Shown: positions 18,332-29,472, counted from the stretch's first letter. The stretch is 64,000 nucleotides of DNA from an uncultured Clostridia bacterium (GCA_947624345.1 CANQJW010000001.1:21499-85498); one strand, 5' to 3'. A program made the numbers and translations. The notes: generated from the letters alone by a model not told the origin.

Positions 18332-19255
18332 CTATATTTTTTCAAGATCATTCAAATCGAAAGGCGTAGCCTGATATACGAGATAATTAAGCCAGTTTGA
18401 AAACATAAGATTTGCGTGGCATACCCACGAGTGAACAGGCTTATTATTAGGGTTATCGTCAGGAAAGTAGTTATAAGGAATATCTATATCCAGTCCCTTT
18501 TCAATATCACGCTTATATTCGTTTTCAAGCGTTCTTTTGTCGTATTCTGAATGTCCTGTTAAAAAGAACTGCCTGTCCGTTTTATCGGCAACGATATGCA
18601 CTCCACTTATATCCGATTCGGTAAGTATTATAAGATCGCTGACTTTTTCAATATCTTCCTTACGAACTTCGGTATATCTTGAATGAGGAACCATAAAAAC
18701 ATCATCAAAGCCATTTAAAAGCGGATGCTTTGGGTGCAGAACTCTGTGAGGAAAAACGCCGAACATTTTTTTATCAAGTGAATATTTAGGTATTCCGTAA
18801 TGATAATAAAGCCCTGCCTGTGCACCCCAGCAGATGTGAATAGTGGAATATACATTTTTCTTTGACCACTCAAATATTTCACAGATCTCACCCCAGTAAT
18901 CCACTTCTTCAAAATCCATAAGTTCAACGGGAGCACCTGTGATAATCATTCCGTCGTATTTGTTATTCTTTATTTCATCAAAGGTTTTATAGAAAGATAA
19001 AAGATGTTCAGCAGGGGTGTTTTTAGATTCATGTGAAGCCATCTGAATAAGCTCAATATTAACTTGTAGGGGAGTATTTGACAATAGCTTAAGAAGCTGA
19101 GTTTCAGTTTCAATCTTTTTAGGCATAAGATTTACAATAGCAATTTTCAAAGGGCGTATATCCTGATGTTCGGCTCTGTCATCGGGTATAGCAAAAATAT
19201 TTTCCTCTTCAAAAACCGAAAAGGCAGGAAGGTTATTCGGTATTCTTATAGGCAT
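18332..19255 (-). CDS. metA: Homoserine O-acyltransferase (MetA family)
   Basis: Starts [12 protein letters not shown], as is typical of MetA. Also LNLMP-like VNLMPKK, and GAP...ICWGAQA with the catalytic Cys. The ORF-track N-terminal extension was trimmed. Confidence 0.9.
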   Translation of the reverse strand: MPIRIPNNLPAFSVFEEENIFAIPDDRAEHQDIRPLKIAIVNLMPKKIETETQLLKLLSNTPLQVNIELIQMASHESKNTPAEHLLSFYKTFDEIKNNKYDGMIITGAPVELMDFEEVDYWGEICEIFEWSKKNVYSTIHICWGAQAGLYYHYGIPKYSLDKKMFGVFPHRVLHPKHPLLNGFDDVFMVPHSRYTEVRKEDIEKVSDLIILTESDISGVHIVADKTDRQFFLTGHSEYDKRTLENEYKRDIEKGLDIDIPYNYFPDDNPNNKPVHSWVCHANLMFSNWLNYLVYQATPFDLNDLEKI

Positions 19256-19292
19256 ATTAAAACAGTCCTTTCGGTTTAAATGTATGTAAGGT

Positions 19293-19321
19293 AGTATAAC
19301 ATAAGTAGAAAAGTTTTTCAA
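19293..19321 (-). promoter_or_regulatory. SigA-type promoter for metA (minus strand)
   Basis: On the minus strand: TTGAAA, 17-nt spacer, TATACT with a TGT extension. There is no room for a long riboswitch leader. Confidence 0.5.
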
Positions 19322-19356
19322 GATTTATAGCTTTTATAAAATCCGTGAAGTAAAAA

Positions 19357-20433
19357 CTACTGTATGATTCCTCCGCCGATAACTATATCATCATCGTATA
19401 ATACAACTGCCTGACCTTTAGTTACGGCTCTTTGCGGCTCATCAAATTCTATCATTAGTGTATCATTATCAAGCTGAGTTGCTGTTGCCCACTGCTCAGC
19501 CTGACGGTAGCGAACCTTCGCCTTAACACGCATAGGCTCACTTATTTTTTCTACTGAAATAAGGTTAATATTTTTCGCAATAAGTGTCTTTGAATACAAA
19601 TCCTGTTCTCTGCCGAGTGTGACAGTATTTTTTTCGGGATTTACCGATAGAACAAAGGTAGGATTATTTGATAAGGAAACCCCCAGTCCTCTGCGTTGGC
19701 CAATAGTATATCGGATAATTCCATTATGCCTTCCAACAACATTGCCGTTTAAATCAACAAAATAACCCTCGGGATAGGTTTTTCCGGTAAATTGCTCAAT
19801 AAAATTATAATACTTTTTATCCTGAACAAAGCATATATCCTGACTGTCATGTTTCTTGGCATTTACAAATCCTCTGTCCTCAGCGATTTTTCTTACTTCA
19901 ACTTTTTCCATTCCTCCCAGAGGGAAAAGCGTATGCTTTAGCTGTTCCTGAGTCATAAAATACAAAACATAGCTTTGATCTTTAGTTTTGTCAACAGCTT
20001 TTTTGAGAAGATAACGGTCTTTTTCATTATCATATTCAATTCGGGCATAATGACCCGTAACTACATAATCAAAGTCGATTTCCTTAGCACGCAAAAACAG
20101 TTTTTCAAACTTTAAATAACGGTTACAGTCAATACATGGGTTAGGTGTCATACCATTTTCGTAAGCGTAAACAAATTTCTCTATTACTTTCTCCTTAAAG
20201 CTATCAGAGAAATTAAAAACATAGTATGGAATATCAAGAGAATATGCCACACTTCTTGCGTCCTCAACATCTTCGGCAGAACAGCAGGTATGCTTTTTTG
20301 AAACGCCTATATCATCGTTACTAAATAGCTTCATCGTAGCACCGATGCACTCATATCCCCGATTTACTATCAAATAAGCGGCTACGCTTGAATCAACGCC
20401 GCCGCTCATTGCTATAACAGCTTTTTTATTCAT
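19357..20433 (-). CDS. mnmA: tRNA 2-thiouridine(34) synthase MnmA
   Basis: PP-loop AMSGGVDSS, NPCIDCN, and TGHYAR. Start trimmed to MNKKAV, which has a GGTGAAG SD. Confidence 0.9.
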   Translation of the reverse strand: MNKKAVIAMSGGVDSSVAAYLIVNRGYECIGATMKLFSNDDIGVSKKHTCCSAEDVEDARSVAYSLDIPYYVFNFSDSFKEKVIEKFVYAYENGMTPNPCIDCNRYLKFEKLFLRAKEIDFDYVVTGHYARIEYDNEKDRYLLKKAVDKTKDQSYVLYFMTQEQLKHTLFPLGGMEKVEVRKIAEDRGFVNAKKHDSQDICFVQDKKYYNFIEQFTGKTYPEGYFVDLNGNVVGRHNGIIRYTIGQRRGLGVSLSNNPTFVLSVNPEKNTVTLGREQDLYSKTLIAKNINLISVEKISEPMRVKAKVRYRQAEQWATATQLDNDTLMIEFDEPQRAVTKGQAVVLYDDDIVIGGGIIQ

Positions 20434-20526
20434 AACTTTCTTCACCTTTAATGAATAGCTTATATACATGTTAAAATCAAAATATCAACAGCCACATTAT
20501 AAAATAATATGTGAATTTTGTCAAGC

Positions 20527-20556
20527 ATAATTTGATAGTATATAATTTGATAGAAT
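20527..20556 (+). repeat. Tandem 15-nt direct repeat overlapping a promoter-like element upstream of glyA
   Basis: ATAATTTGATAGTAT immediately followed by ATAATTTGATAGAAT (one mismatch). It overlaps TTGTCA (20518..20523), a 17-nt spacer and TATAAT (20541..20546). Confidence 0.6.
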
Positions 20557-20603
20557 AAGTATTCTGATGATAAAAGGAGTTTCTAAAAATAGTGGAAAAA
20601 AAC

Positions 20604-20632
20604 TTGAAATAAAATGAAAAATGGTATATAAT
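20604..20632 (+). promoter_or_regulatory. SigA-type promoter proximal to glyA
   Basis: TTGAAA, 17-nt spacer, TATAAT. Confidence 0.6.
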
Positions 20633-20666
20633 ATTTTTAAATTATAATTAAAAGGAGAATAACATT

Positions 20667-21911
20667 ATGGAAATGATGGACTCAATAGGTTATGTAAAGA
20701 AATATGATAAAGAGGTTGGGGAGGCAATGGACGCCGAGCTTGCTCGTCAGAGGAGAAACCTTGAGCTTATAGCAAGTGAAAACATAGTTTCAGGACCTGT
20801 TATGGCAGCAATGGGAAGCGTTCTTACTAATAAATATGCAGAGGGATACCCAGCAAAAAGATATTACGGCGGATGCCAGTGTGTTGATGTAGTTGAAAAT
20901 ATTGCTATAGACAGAGCGTGCAAGGTGTTCGGCGCTAAGTTCGCAAATGTTCAGCCTCACTCAGGAGCGCAGGCAAACCTTGCTGTATATTTTGCACTTG
21001 TAAACCCTGGTGATACTATTATGGGTATGAGCCTTGCTCACGGCGGTCATTTAACTCATGGAAGCCCTGTTAATATGAGCGGTAAGTATTTTAACTTTGT
21101 GTCTTATGAGTTGGGTGACAACGAGAGAATAGATTATGACGAGCTCGAGAGACAAGCTAAAGAATGTCAGCCAAAGCTGATTGTAGCAGGTGCATCTGCT
21201 TATCCAAGAATTATTGATTTTGAAAGAATCTCAAAAATAGCAAAAGAAGTCGGTGCATATTTTATGGTTGATATGGCTCATATTGCAGGACTTGTTGCTG
21301 CAGGTGAGCATCCGTCACCGGTACCATTTGCAGATGTTGTTACAACAACAACTCATAAAACGCTGAGAGGTCCGAGAGGCGGACTTATCTTAACAAACGA
21401 TGAGGAGCTTGCAAAGAAGATAAACAAAGCTATCTTTCCGGGAACACAGGGCGGTCCTCTGGAGCACGTTATCGCTGGAAAGGCAGTATGTTTCGGCGAG
21501 GCTTTAAAGCCAGAGTTTAAGGAATATCAGCATCAAGTAGTTTTAAATGCAAAGGCTCTTGCAGAAGGACTTGTTAAAAGAGGCTTCAGACTTGTTTCAG
21601 GAGGAACGGATAATCACTTAATACTTGTTGATTTACAGCCTTTCAATATAACAGGAAAAGACTTAGAACACAGACTTGACGAGGTTTACATTACGGTTAA
21701 TAAGAATGCTATTCCTAATGATCCACAAAGTCCGTTTATCACCAGTGGTATAAGAGTAGGAACACCTGCTGTTACAACAAGGGGACTTAAAGAAGAAGAT
21801 ATGGAAGTAATTGCAGAATGTATATACCTTACTGCAACTGATTTTGATAATAAAGCAGATGAGATAAGAGAAAAGGTTAATAGCCTTTGCGAGAAGTATC
21901 CGCTTTATTAA
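20667..21911 (+). CDS. glyA: Serine hydroxymethyltransferase
   Basis: [20 protein letters not shown]-lysine context [14 protein letters not shown]. Confidence 0.95.
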   Translation: MEMMDSIGYVKKYDKEVGEAMDAELARQRRNLELIASENIVSGPVMAAMGSVLTNKYAEGYPAKRYYGGCQCVDVVENIAIDRACKVFGAKFANVQPHSGAQANLAVYFALVNPGDTIMGMSLAHGGHLTHGSPVNMSGKYFNFVSYELGDNERIDYDELERQAKECQPKLIVAGASAYPRIIDFERISKIAKEVGAYFMVDMAHIAGLVAAGEHPSPVPFADVVTTTTHKTLRGPRGGLILTNDEELAKKINKAIFPGTQGGPLEHVIAGKAVCFGEALKPEFKEYQHQVVLNAKALAEGLVKRGFRLVSGGTDNHLILVDLQPFNITGKDLEHRLDEVYITVNKNAIPNDPQSPFITSGIRVGTPAVTTRGLKEEDMEVIAECIYLTATDFDNKADEIREKVNSLCEKYPLY

Positions 21912-21945
21912 AATAATATAATATGATATAAGGAGTTGACCGACA

Positions 21946-23211
21946 GTGAACAAGCCTTTGGCAGATCGAATAAGACCGAAAACGCTTGATGAAGTTGTCG
22001 GTCAATCTCATTTACTTGGGAAAGACAAGCCGCTTAGAAGAATAATTGAAAGCGGACAAATTCCGAATATGATTTTCTATGGTCCGTCAGGAACGGGAAA
22101 GACAACAGTTGCGAGAATTATAGCTGATAACACAAACTTGAAAATGTACAAGCTTAATGGAACGTCAGCATCAATTTCCGATATCAAATCTATTATAGCC
22201 GAGACTGAAACCTTTGAGGGCTTTAACGGAATTCTCCTTTATTTGGACGAGATTCAATATCTGAATAAAAAGCAGCAGCAGTCACTTCTGGAATATATAG
22301 AAAACGGTAAGATAACGCTTATTGCATCAACAACCGAGAATCCTTATTTCTATGTGTTCAATGCTATCATAAGCCGTTCGACAGTATTTGAGTTTAAGCA
22401 AGTCGCGTCAAATGACGTGATTCCTGCCACAAAGCGTGCTTTTCAGATTATTGCTGATGAAATGGGTGTAAAGCTAAGACTTGAAAGCGGAGTTGTTAAC
22501 TATATCGCCACCGGCTGTGGAGGAGATGTCAGAAAATCAATTAACACAGTGGAGCTTTGTGTTTTATCTGCCGACAAAAATAATAATTGCTTAGAGATAT
22601 CTCTTGAAAACGCAAAACTGCTCACTCAGAAAAGCAATATGCGTTATGACAAAGACGGTGATGAGCACTATGATATTTTGTCTGCCTTTCAGAAATCCAT
22701 TAGGGGAAGCGATGAAAACGCAGCGCTTCATTATGCCGCAAGACTGATGACAGCAGGGGATATAATTTCCCTTTGCAGGCGTTTGCTGGTAGTAGCATCA
22801 GAGGATATCGGACTTGCATACCCTATGGCTGTTCCAATTGTAAAAGCGTGTGTTGACAGTGCTTTTCAGCTCGGACTTCCCGAGGCGAGGATTCCTATCG
22901 CTGAGGCGATAATACTTTTGTGTACAGCACCAAAGTCTAATAGTGCTATCAATGCAATAGATATGGCTATGACGGATATAGAAAAGGGATTAGCAGGGGC
23001 TATTCCAAGGCAATTACAGAATATGCATTATGACGGAGACGACGCAGATGTCAAAGGTCAAAACTATAAATATCCTCATCTTTATCCTAATCATTATGTT
23101 GAGCAGCAGTATCTTCCTGATAATTTAAAGGACAGAGTTTATTATGAATTCGGCGATAATAAGCAGGAACAAACAGCTTTGCAGTATAGGAAAAAGATCA
23201 AAGGACAGTAG
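21946..23211 (+). CDS. rarA: Replication-associated recombination protein A (RarA/MgsA)
   Basis: GTG start after an AAGGAG SD. RPKTLDEVVGQ, Walker A GPSGTGKTT, LDEIQ, and the MgsA C-terminal domain HYD..SAF.KSIRGSD. Confidence 0.9.
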   Translation: MNKPLADRIRPKTLDEVVGQSHLLGKDKPLRRIIESGQIPNMIFYGPSGTGKTTVARIIADNTNLKMYKLNGTSASISDIKSIIAETETFEGFNGILLYLDEIQYLNKKQQQSLLEYIENGKITLIASTTENPYFYVFNAIISRSTVFEFKQVASNDVIPATKRAFQIIADEMGVKLRLESGVVNYIATGCGGDVRKSINTVELCVLSADKNNNCLEISLENAKLLTQKSNMRYDKDGDEHYDILSAFQKSIRGSDENAALHYAARLMTAGDIISLCRRLLVVASEDIGLAYPMAVPIVKACVDSAFQLGLPEARIPIAEAIILLCTAPKSNSAINAIDMAMTDIEKGLAGAIPRQLQNMHYDGDDADVKGQNYKYPHLYPNHYVEQQYLPDNLKDRVYYEFGDNKQEQTALQYRKKIKGQ

Positions 23212-23230
23212 ACTTTAAATAAAACATAAA

Positions 23231-23264
23231 AAAGCTAAGGAGTTAAATATTCCTTAGCTTTTTA
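23231..23264. terminator. Bidirectional terminator between rarA and the S1-domain gene
   Basis: Perfect 11-bp stem AAAGCTAAGGA / TCCTTAGCTTT with a 9-nt loop, flanked by an A-run and a T-run. Confidence 0.75.
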
Positions 23265-23265
23265 G

Positions 23266-24183
23266 TTAGAATTCGGTATAGATTTGTTTGCTACATTCTT
23301 TGGTAGAGTAATTCCACTTGTCGATGTGACCTTCGGTAAAATAATATTTCAGCGACTTATCAAACCCGCTTCCTGAAAAAACATCAACAATAATCAGCTT
23401 TACTTTCATTTTTTCCGGAATAATGGATTTTATAAAAACACTTGCAGATTGACCTATATGTACATTATCCTTTGGCTCTGCAAGCCCCGCTAGATTAGGA
23501 GTAAGCTCAATGAAAATTCCATAGTCCTCTATTGAGCGGATTATACCGCCGACTGTCTGACCAACTTCAAATAATTCAGTGTTTTCCGACCAGGTTCCGA
23601 GAAGCTCTTTATGAGTTAGGAAAATTCTATCACCATCTTTGCCTTTAACAACGGCGTAAATGTCCTGACCGTTATAAAATCTGTCAGACGGATGTGATAT
23701 TCTTGATACTGAAATAGCGTCAATAGGTATCAAAGACACTATACCACAGCCTATATCAACAAAGCAACCAAACTGTTCTATATGCGTTATCTTTGCAGGA
23801 ATAATATCTCCGCTTGTAAGAGTGCTAAGATAGTTTTTAATACATTCCTCTTGTGCGGCCTTTCTTGAAAGTATAACCAGCGTTTCATTATTATTTATAA
23901 CTATATCAATAACCTTAAAGCATACAGGCTTATTTACTCTTGAAAGCAGAGCGATATCCTTTGTCTCTCCACTATCAATGCCGATAGCTCCCTCAGATCT
24001 TGGAATAATAGCTTTAGCACACGGAATATCAACAACAATATTATGTTCGCAATCGCACATTAAAGCCTTAGCTTCAAGAATGATCCCCAGTTCTTTTGCT
24101 TCATTTAAAGAGATTATCGATTTTAAATAGTTTCTGTTAGTATTGCTGCCTATCAGTTTGCCCTCTGGCAAATAGTTTTTCAT
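23266..24183 (-). CDS. S1 RNA-binding domain-containing protein
   Basis: 305 aa with two recognisable S1 (OB) segments: GDIIPAKITHIEQFGCFVDIG and GQTVGGIIRSIEDYGIFIEL. Confidence 0.7.
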   Translation of the reverse strand: MKNYLPEGKLIGSNTNRNYLKSIISLNEAKELGIILEAKALMCDCEHNIVVDIPCAKAIIPRSEGAIGIDSGETKDIALLSRVNKPVCFKVIDIVINNNETLVILSRKAAQEECIKNYLSTLTSGDIIPAKITHIEQFGCFVDIGCGIVSLIPIDAISVSRISHPSDRFYNGQDIYAVVKGKDGDRIFLTHKELLGTWSENTELFEVGQTVGGIIRSIEDYGIFIELTPNLAGLAEPKDNVHIGQSASVFIKSIIPEKMKVKLIIVDVFSGSGFDKSLKYYFTEGHIDKWNYSTKECSKQIYTEF

Positions 24184-24439
24184 ACAATTGTCTTCCTTCC
24201 TTTATAATTGGGCTGTTGAAATTTTAAACCCAAAGTAGCTGTTTGTTTTATACTTTTCTGACAATAATCTTAATAGACTGTATAAAAAGTTTTATATCTA
24301 ATTCTATGAAGTATAATAGCTAATTATGACTTATGTAATTTATGAAAGAACTAAGGTTTGCTATTTATTATTCTTATATTTGCTTTTTCTTTCAAATTAT
24401 GTTATACTATCTACTTGAGTTAATATATATTTTGCTGGA

Positions 24440-24637
24440 GTGATAATTACGGATATAAGAGTTAATGATATTCTGATTATGAAGAAAAAACACCCGTGTG
24501 GTGAAAATAAAATGTTGGTTTTGAGATCAGGAATGGATTTTAAGCTGAGATGTGTTGGCTGTGGACGAGAGTTTATGGTTGCACGCTCAAAGGCTGAGAA
24601 GAATATTAAATCTGTTATCAGAGATGAAGATACCTAG
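24440..24637 (+). CDS. DUF951-family small protein
   Basis: 65 aa. MKKKHPCG...W-less variant, with the second Cys pair CVGCGR typical of DUF951. The GTG start is uncertain. Confidence 0.65.
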   Translation: MIITDIRVNDILIMKKKHPCGENKMLVLRSGMDFKLRCVGCGREFMVARSKAEKNIKSVIRDEDT

Positions 24638-24693
24638 CACAGCTATTTTGATGTTGTATTATAATAAAATAAATAGTCTACAGGAGAATTTAT

Positions 24694-25776
24694 ATGTTTG
24701 AGAAACTAATTGCACTTGAAAAAAGATTTGAAGAAATAAACAACAAACTTATGGATCCTGATGTTATTAACGATCAGGCGCTATATACATCGCTTATGAA
24801 GGAGTATAAAAACATTACTCCGATAATTGAAAAATTCAGAGAGTATAAAAAAGCAAAGGACTCTTTTGACGAGGCTGTTGAGCTTCTGGAGGCTGGCGGT
24901 CTTGATAAGGATTTTAAGGAAATGGTTCAGATGCAGTATGATGAATCAAAGCAGCAGGAGGAGACTCTTACCGAAGAGCTTAAAATTCTGCTCTTGCCGA
25001 AAGATCCTAATGATGATAAAAACGTTATTGTTGAAATCAGAGGAGGAGCAGGTGGAGAAGAGGCTTCACTTTTTGCTAACTCGCTTTATAGAATGTATAC
25101 TATGTATGCAGAAAAAAACGGTTGGAGCATTGAGGTTATAAATGCAAATGAAACAGAGCTGGGCGGATTCAAGGAAATTTCGTTCAGCATTCAGGGTGAG
25201 GGTGCATACTCAAGGCTTAAATATGAAAGCGGAGTTCACAGAGTACAGAGAGTTCCTGAGACCGAGTCACAGGGAAGAGTTCACACATCTACAGTAACCG
25301 TTGCAGTTTTGCCGGAAGCAGACGACGTTGAGTTTGAAATCAATGAAGCTACAGATTTAAAAATTGATGTTTTCAGAGCCTCAGGAGCAGGCGGTCAGCA
25401 TATCAACAAAACTGAATCTGCTGTAAGAATAACTTATCTTCCGACAGGTTTAGTTGTAGAGTGTCAGGACGAAAGAAGCCAGCATAAAAACAAGGAAAAG
25501 GCGCTTAAGGTTCTGCGTTCAAAGCTATATGAGGAGCAGCAAAGAACTCAGGAAAATGAAATTGCGGCAGTAAGGCGTTCACAGGTGGGAACAGGAGATC
25601 GTTCGGAGAGAATAAGAACTTACAACTTTCCGGAGGGAAGAGTATCAGATCACAGAATTGGTCTTACGATCTACAGACTAGAGCAATTCTTAAACGGTAA
25701 TATGGACGAGGTTATTGATGCTTTGGCTACTGCCGATCAGGCTGCAAAGCTCGCGATGCAGGAAAGTGACAACTAA
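24694..25776 (+). CDS. prfA: Peptide chain release factor 1
   Basis: GGQ motif [16 protein letters not shown] and PxT-type codon-recognition region. 360 aa. Confidence 0.95.
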   Translation: MFEKLIALEKRFEEINNKLMDPDVINDQALYTSLMKEYKNITPIIEKFREYKKAKDSFDEAVELLEAGGLDKDFKEMVQMQYDESKQQEETLTEELKILLLPKDPNDDKNVIVEIRGGAGGEEASLFANSLYRMYTMYAEKNGWSIEVINANETELGGFKEISFSIQGEGAYSRLKYESGVHRVQRVPETESQGRVHTSTVTVAVLPEADDVEFEINEATDLKIDVFRASGAGGQHINKTESAVRITYLPTGLVVECQDERSQHKNKEKALKVLRSKLYEEQQRTQENEIAAVRRSQVGTGDRSERIRTYNFPEGRVSDHRIGLTIYRLEQFLNGNMDEVIDALATADQAAKLAMQESDN

Positions 25777-25789
25777 TCGGTTTGATTTT

Positions 25790-26806
25790 ATGGATACAAA
25801 AGTTTTAAAACCTACAAAGGAAAATATCAGCTACTGTGCTGAACTTATCAAAGGCGGAGAGGTTGTAGGAATGCCTACCGAAACCGTGTATGGTCTTGCC
25901 GCTAATGCTTTTGATGAAGCTGCTGTAGAAAAGATTTTCAAGGTTAAAAATCGCCCTGCTGATAATCCGTTAATTGTTCATATAGCAGATATAGATATGC
26001 TTAAAGAGCTTGCAGTAGATATTCCCGATATAGCGCTTTCGGTATGTAAAAAATTCTGGCCAGGGCCTATTACATTAGTTCTGCCAAAGAGTGATAAAAT
26101 ACCGTTTATTACTAGCGGAGGACTTGACACTGTCGGTATAAGACTTCCGTCAAATGAGGTCGCAAGGGAGCTTATCAAGGCTTGCGGATTGCCACTTGCC
26201 GCACCGTCGGCTAATCTGTCGGGAAGTCCAAGTCCCACAACGGCTGAACACGTATTTGATGATTTAAACGGCAGAATATATGCAATTCTTGATGGCGGCA
26301 GATGTTCTGTCGGCGTTGAATCGACAGTTATTTCTTTTGAGAGTGATATAATCAGATTATTAAGACCTGGCAGGATTTCTGTAGATGATTTAAAGACGGT
26401 AGCGTCTGAAGTAATCATTGACAAGGGTGTTTTAGATGTTATTTCAAATGATTCAAAGGTAAAATCACCAGGTATGAAGTATAAGCATTATTCACCTAAA
26501 GCTGATGTTGTACTTGTTGATGGATCAATCGAATTTTTTGAGAGATATGTTAGTGAGAGAAACTCTGCTGATACATATGTTCTGATTTTTGATAATGACA
26601 ATATCTCTGATGATATTAAGTCAATTAGATACGGAAGTACCAGTGAACAGCAGGCAGAACGAATCTTTGCAGTTCTCAGAGAGATTGACAAAATAGGGGC
26701 AAAAAAGGTGTATGCGAGATGTCCGTCGAAGGACGGCGTAGGACTGGCTGTATATAACAGAATGATTCGTGCGGCAGGTTTCAAAGTTATTAAAGAGGGT
26801 GACTGA
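25790..26806 (+). CDS. tsaC: L-threonylcarbamoyladenylate synthase (Sua5/YwlC type, with C-terminal Sua5 domain)
   Basis: PTETVYGLAANA, KGRPADNPLIVH-like KNRPADNPLIVH, and SANLSG. Start trimmed to MDTKVL. Confidence 0.9.
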   Translation: MDTKVLKPTKENISYCAELIKGGEVVGMPTETVYGLAANAFDEAAVEKIFKVKNRPADNPLIVHIADIDMLKELAVDIPDIALSVCKKFWPGPITLVLPKSDKIPFITSGGLDTVGIRLPSNEVARELIKACGLPLAAPSANLSGSPSPTTAEHVFDDLNGRIYAILDGGRCSVGVESTVISFESDIIRLLRPGRISVDDLKTVASEVIIDKGVLDVISNDSKVKSPGMKYKHYSPKADVVLVDGSIEFFERYVSERNSADTYVLIFDNDNISDDIKSIRYGSTSEQQAERIFAVLREIDKIGAKKVYARCPSKDGVGLAVYNRMIRAAGFKVIKEGD

Positions 26807-27409
26807 ATGAAGTCTTATATTGTTGGGCTTACTGGTCAAAGCGGAGCAGGAAAAACAACCGTTTGCGATACCTTTAAGTCACTCGGATTTAGAGTTATAA
26901 ATGCAGATCTGGTTTCAAGATATATAACCGAAAATAATAAAGCGTGTCTTGACAAGCTTAAAACAGCTTTCGGCGACGAATATTATGATCACGGTATTTT
27001 AAACAGAAGAAAGCTAGGCTCATTAGTCTTTGCGGACAGAAAAGAGCTTGATAAGCTTATGTCTATAACTTACCCATATATTATTGAAGAGATTAACAGG
27101 CGGATTGAAAAAATCGGTAACAATGAGATTATTGTTATTGACGCACCTACCTTGTTTGAAAGTGGGTTAAATAAAAGCTGTGACAGGATAGTAAGCGTTA
27201 TTTCAGATAGAAATTTAAGACTTGAACGAATTATTAAGCGTGATAATATAACCGATGAAGAGGCTGAAAAGAGATTTTCATCTCAACTTTCCGAAAACTA
27301 TTTTAGAGAAAACAGCGATTATATTATCGAAAACAATAGCAGTGAATATGATTTGAAAGAAAAGGCTGCTTTTATAGCACAGAGCATTAAGGAGATTTAT
27401 TATGACTAG
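26807..27409 (+). CDS. coaE: Dephospho-CoA kinase
   Basis: P-loop GLTGQSGAGKTT. 200 aa with a typical CoaE layout. Confidence 0.9.
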   Translation: MKSYIVGLTGQSGAGKTTVCDTFKSLGFRVINADLVSRYITENNKACLDKLKTAFGDEYYDHGILNRRKLGSLVFADRKELDKLMSITYPYIIEEINRRIEKIGNNEIIVIDAPTLFESGLNKSCDRIVSVISDRNLRLERIIKRDNITDEEAEKRFSSQLSENYFRENSDYIIENNSSEYDLKEKAAFIAQSIKEIYYD

Positions 27410-27989
27410 AAGGGCTAGAAGAAAGAATAGGGGAGCTGTATTTTTAGTTGTTATAATAATCCTTTTTGTAATTGCTTTTGCTATGTATAAGTCAGTACCT
27501 GCTTTTTTAAGGAAAAATGTCTATCCTAAAAAATATTCTGAATATGTGGAAAAATACAGCGAAGAATATGATATAGATGAAAATTTCATTTATGCTATAA
27601 TAAAAACCGAGAGCGGATTTGATTGTGACGCCCAGTCAAACGTAGGGGCAATCGGGCTGATGCAGCTTATGCCGATAGCATTTGAAGAGGTTAGAAATAA
27701 CATTGATGAAAATAAAGGTCTTGCGTTTTCGGATATGTATGTTCCGGAATATAATATAATGTATGGCAGCTGGTACCTGCATTATTTATATAAGCAGTTC
27801 GGTTCGTATGAGCTTACAATAGCGGCGTATCACGCAGGAATTACAGAGGTAAGAGGCTGGCTTGACAGCGGAGTGCTTGATGAAAATAATTTAAATCTTG
27901 ACAACATACCAAGTGATTTTGCGGACACAAGGCATTACATAAACAAGGTCATAAACGCATATAAAGAGTATAACAGACTATACAGATAA
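27402..27989 (+). CDS. Membrane-anchored lytic transglycosylase (SLT domain)
   Basis: N-terminal TM helix, catalytic-Glu context IKTESGFD, GAIGLMQLMP and AAYHAG. Confidence 0.8.
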   Translation: MTRRARRKNRGAVFLVVIIILFVIAFAMYKSVPAFLRKNVYPKKYSEYVEKYSEEYDIDENFIYAIIKTESGFDCDAQSNVGAIGLMQLMPIAFEEVRNNIDENKGLAFSDMYVPEYNIMYGSWYLHYLYKQFGSYELTIAAYHAGITEVRGWLDSGVLDENNLNLDNIPSDFADTRHYINKVINAYKEYNRLYR

Positions 27990-28009
27990 AAACAGAAAGG
28001 ATGATTTCT

Positions 28010-29410
28010 ATGTCAGAATCAAAGGCAAAGGATTTAAAAGAGGAGCTTTTCACAAAAAAGAAAAATGCAGGATTTATTTTAAACGAAAACGATATAAAAG
28101 AGGCAGATGATTTCTGCAAAGGATATATGAGCTTTCTTGATGCTGCAAAGACAGAAAGAGAAGCAGTTTGTGAAGCAGTAAATATGCTTGAGGAAAATGG
28201 CTTTGTCGAATATAATTTTGACAAGGATTTAAAGTCCGGAGACAAAATTTATATAAACAACAGAGGAAAAGCAATTATTGCCGCAATTATTGGTAGTGAT
28301 GATGTCAGCAAGGGATTTAAGATTAACGCAGCACATATTGATTCTCCCCGACTTGATTTAAAACAAAATCCGATTTATGAGGACAACCAGATTGGATTTT
28401 TTAAAACCCATTATTACGGCGGAATTAAAAAATATCAGTGGACTGCTATTCCTCTGGCACTTCACGGTGTTATTATCAATTCTAAGAATGAAAAGATTGA
28501 AGTAAAAATCGGAGAGGAGGAAAATGATCCCGTATTCTGCGTCTGTGATTTGCTTCCTCACTTAGCAACTCAGCAGATGAAGAGAACTCTTTCCGAGGGC
28601 GTTAAGGGCGAGGAGCTTAATATCATTATCGGCTCAAGACCATTTAAGGACGACAAGGAATCGGAAATGGTCAAGCTGAATATAATTAAGATTCTTAACG
28701 AGAAGTATGGAATCGCTGAAGACGATTTCATTTCAGCAGAGCTTGAGGCTGTGCCCGCATTCAAAGCAAAAGATATCGGATTTGATAGAAGTATGATAGG
28801 CTCTTACGGTCAGGACGACAGGGTTTGTGCTTATACTGCACTTAAGGCGCTTTTGGATTGTAATGGCGTGCCAAAGAAAACCGTTATTACTGTTTTAACC
28901 GATAAAGAGGAAACAGGAAGCGACGGCAACACAGGTCTTAACAGCTCTTACTTAAATTATTTTATCTACGATTTGGCTGAGAAGTTGGGTGGCAGGCCAA
29001 GACAGGTCATTTCAGCATCTGAGTGCCTTTCTGCCGATGTAAATGCCGCTTTTGATCCTACTTTCCCAGATGTACTTGAAATCAGAAACGCATCTAAAAT
29101 CAACTATGGCGTTTGCGTAACAAAATTCACTGGTTCAAGGGGAAAATCCGGAACATCAGATGCTTCTGCGGAATTTGTTGCAAAGATAAGAAATCTATTG
29201 GACAGCAAAAATGTAATCTGGCAGACAGGCGAGCTTGGAAAGGTTGATTTAGGTGGAGGAGGGACTGTAGCCCAATATATCGCAAATCTGAACATTGATG
29301 TTATAGATGTCGGAGTTCCTGTGCTTTCAATGCACGCACCTTTTGAGATCACCTCAAAAATCGACACATATATGGCTTATAAGGCATTCAAAGTGTTTAT
29401 TGAGGACTAA
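28010..29410 (+). CDS. M18-family aminopeptidase
   Basis: AHIDSPRLDLK, the YGQDDR cluster, DKEETGS and SMHAP. Start moved to the ATG 8 nt after AAAGGA. Confidence 0.85.
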   Translation: MSESKAKDLKEELFTKKKNAGFILNENDIKEADDFCKGYMSFLDAAKTEREAVCEAVNMLEENGFVEYNFDKDLKSGDKIYINNRGKAIIAAIIGSDDVSKGFKINAAHIDSPRLDLKQNPIYEDNQIGFFKTHYYGGIKKYQWTAIPLALHGVIINSKNEKIEVKIGEEENDPVFCVCDLLPHLATQQMKRTLSEGVKGEELNIIIGSRPFKDDKESEMVKLNIIKILNEKYGIAEDDFISAELEAVPAFKAKDIGFDRSMIGSYGQDDRVCAYTALKALLDCNGVPKKTVITVLTDKEETGSDGNTGLNSSYLNYFIYDLAEKLGGRPRQVISASECLSADVNAAFDPTFPDVLEIRNASKINYGVCVTKFTGSRGKSGTSDASAEFVAKIRNLLDSKNVIWQTGELGKVDLGGGGTVAQYIANLNIDVIDVGVPVLSMHAPFEITSKIDTYMAYKAFKVFIED

Positions 29411-29429
29411 TATTACTATCAATAAAATG

Positions 29430-29461
29430 CACCTGCAATTTTTTGTAGGTGTATTTTTTTT
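29430..29461 (+). terminator. Intrinsic terminator after the aminopeptidase gene
   Basis: Stem CACCTGCA / TGTAGGTG (one G-U pair), followed by ATTTTTTTT. Confidence 0.7.
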
Positions 29462-29472
29462 ATGCTTTTAAA

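Noticed and set aside
24827-25141. Alternative-frame 104-aa ORF inside prfA, and similar same-strand out-of-frame ORFs (6842..7048, 15368..15562, 17564..17782, 42027..42224, 49387..49629, 53805..54026, 56760..56969, 58784..58984, 59321..59509).
   Set aside because: They are embedded in strongly supported genes in a different frame. Their Arg/Leu/Ser-rich composition is typical of off-frame translation. I saw no slippery sequence or other recoding signal.
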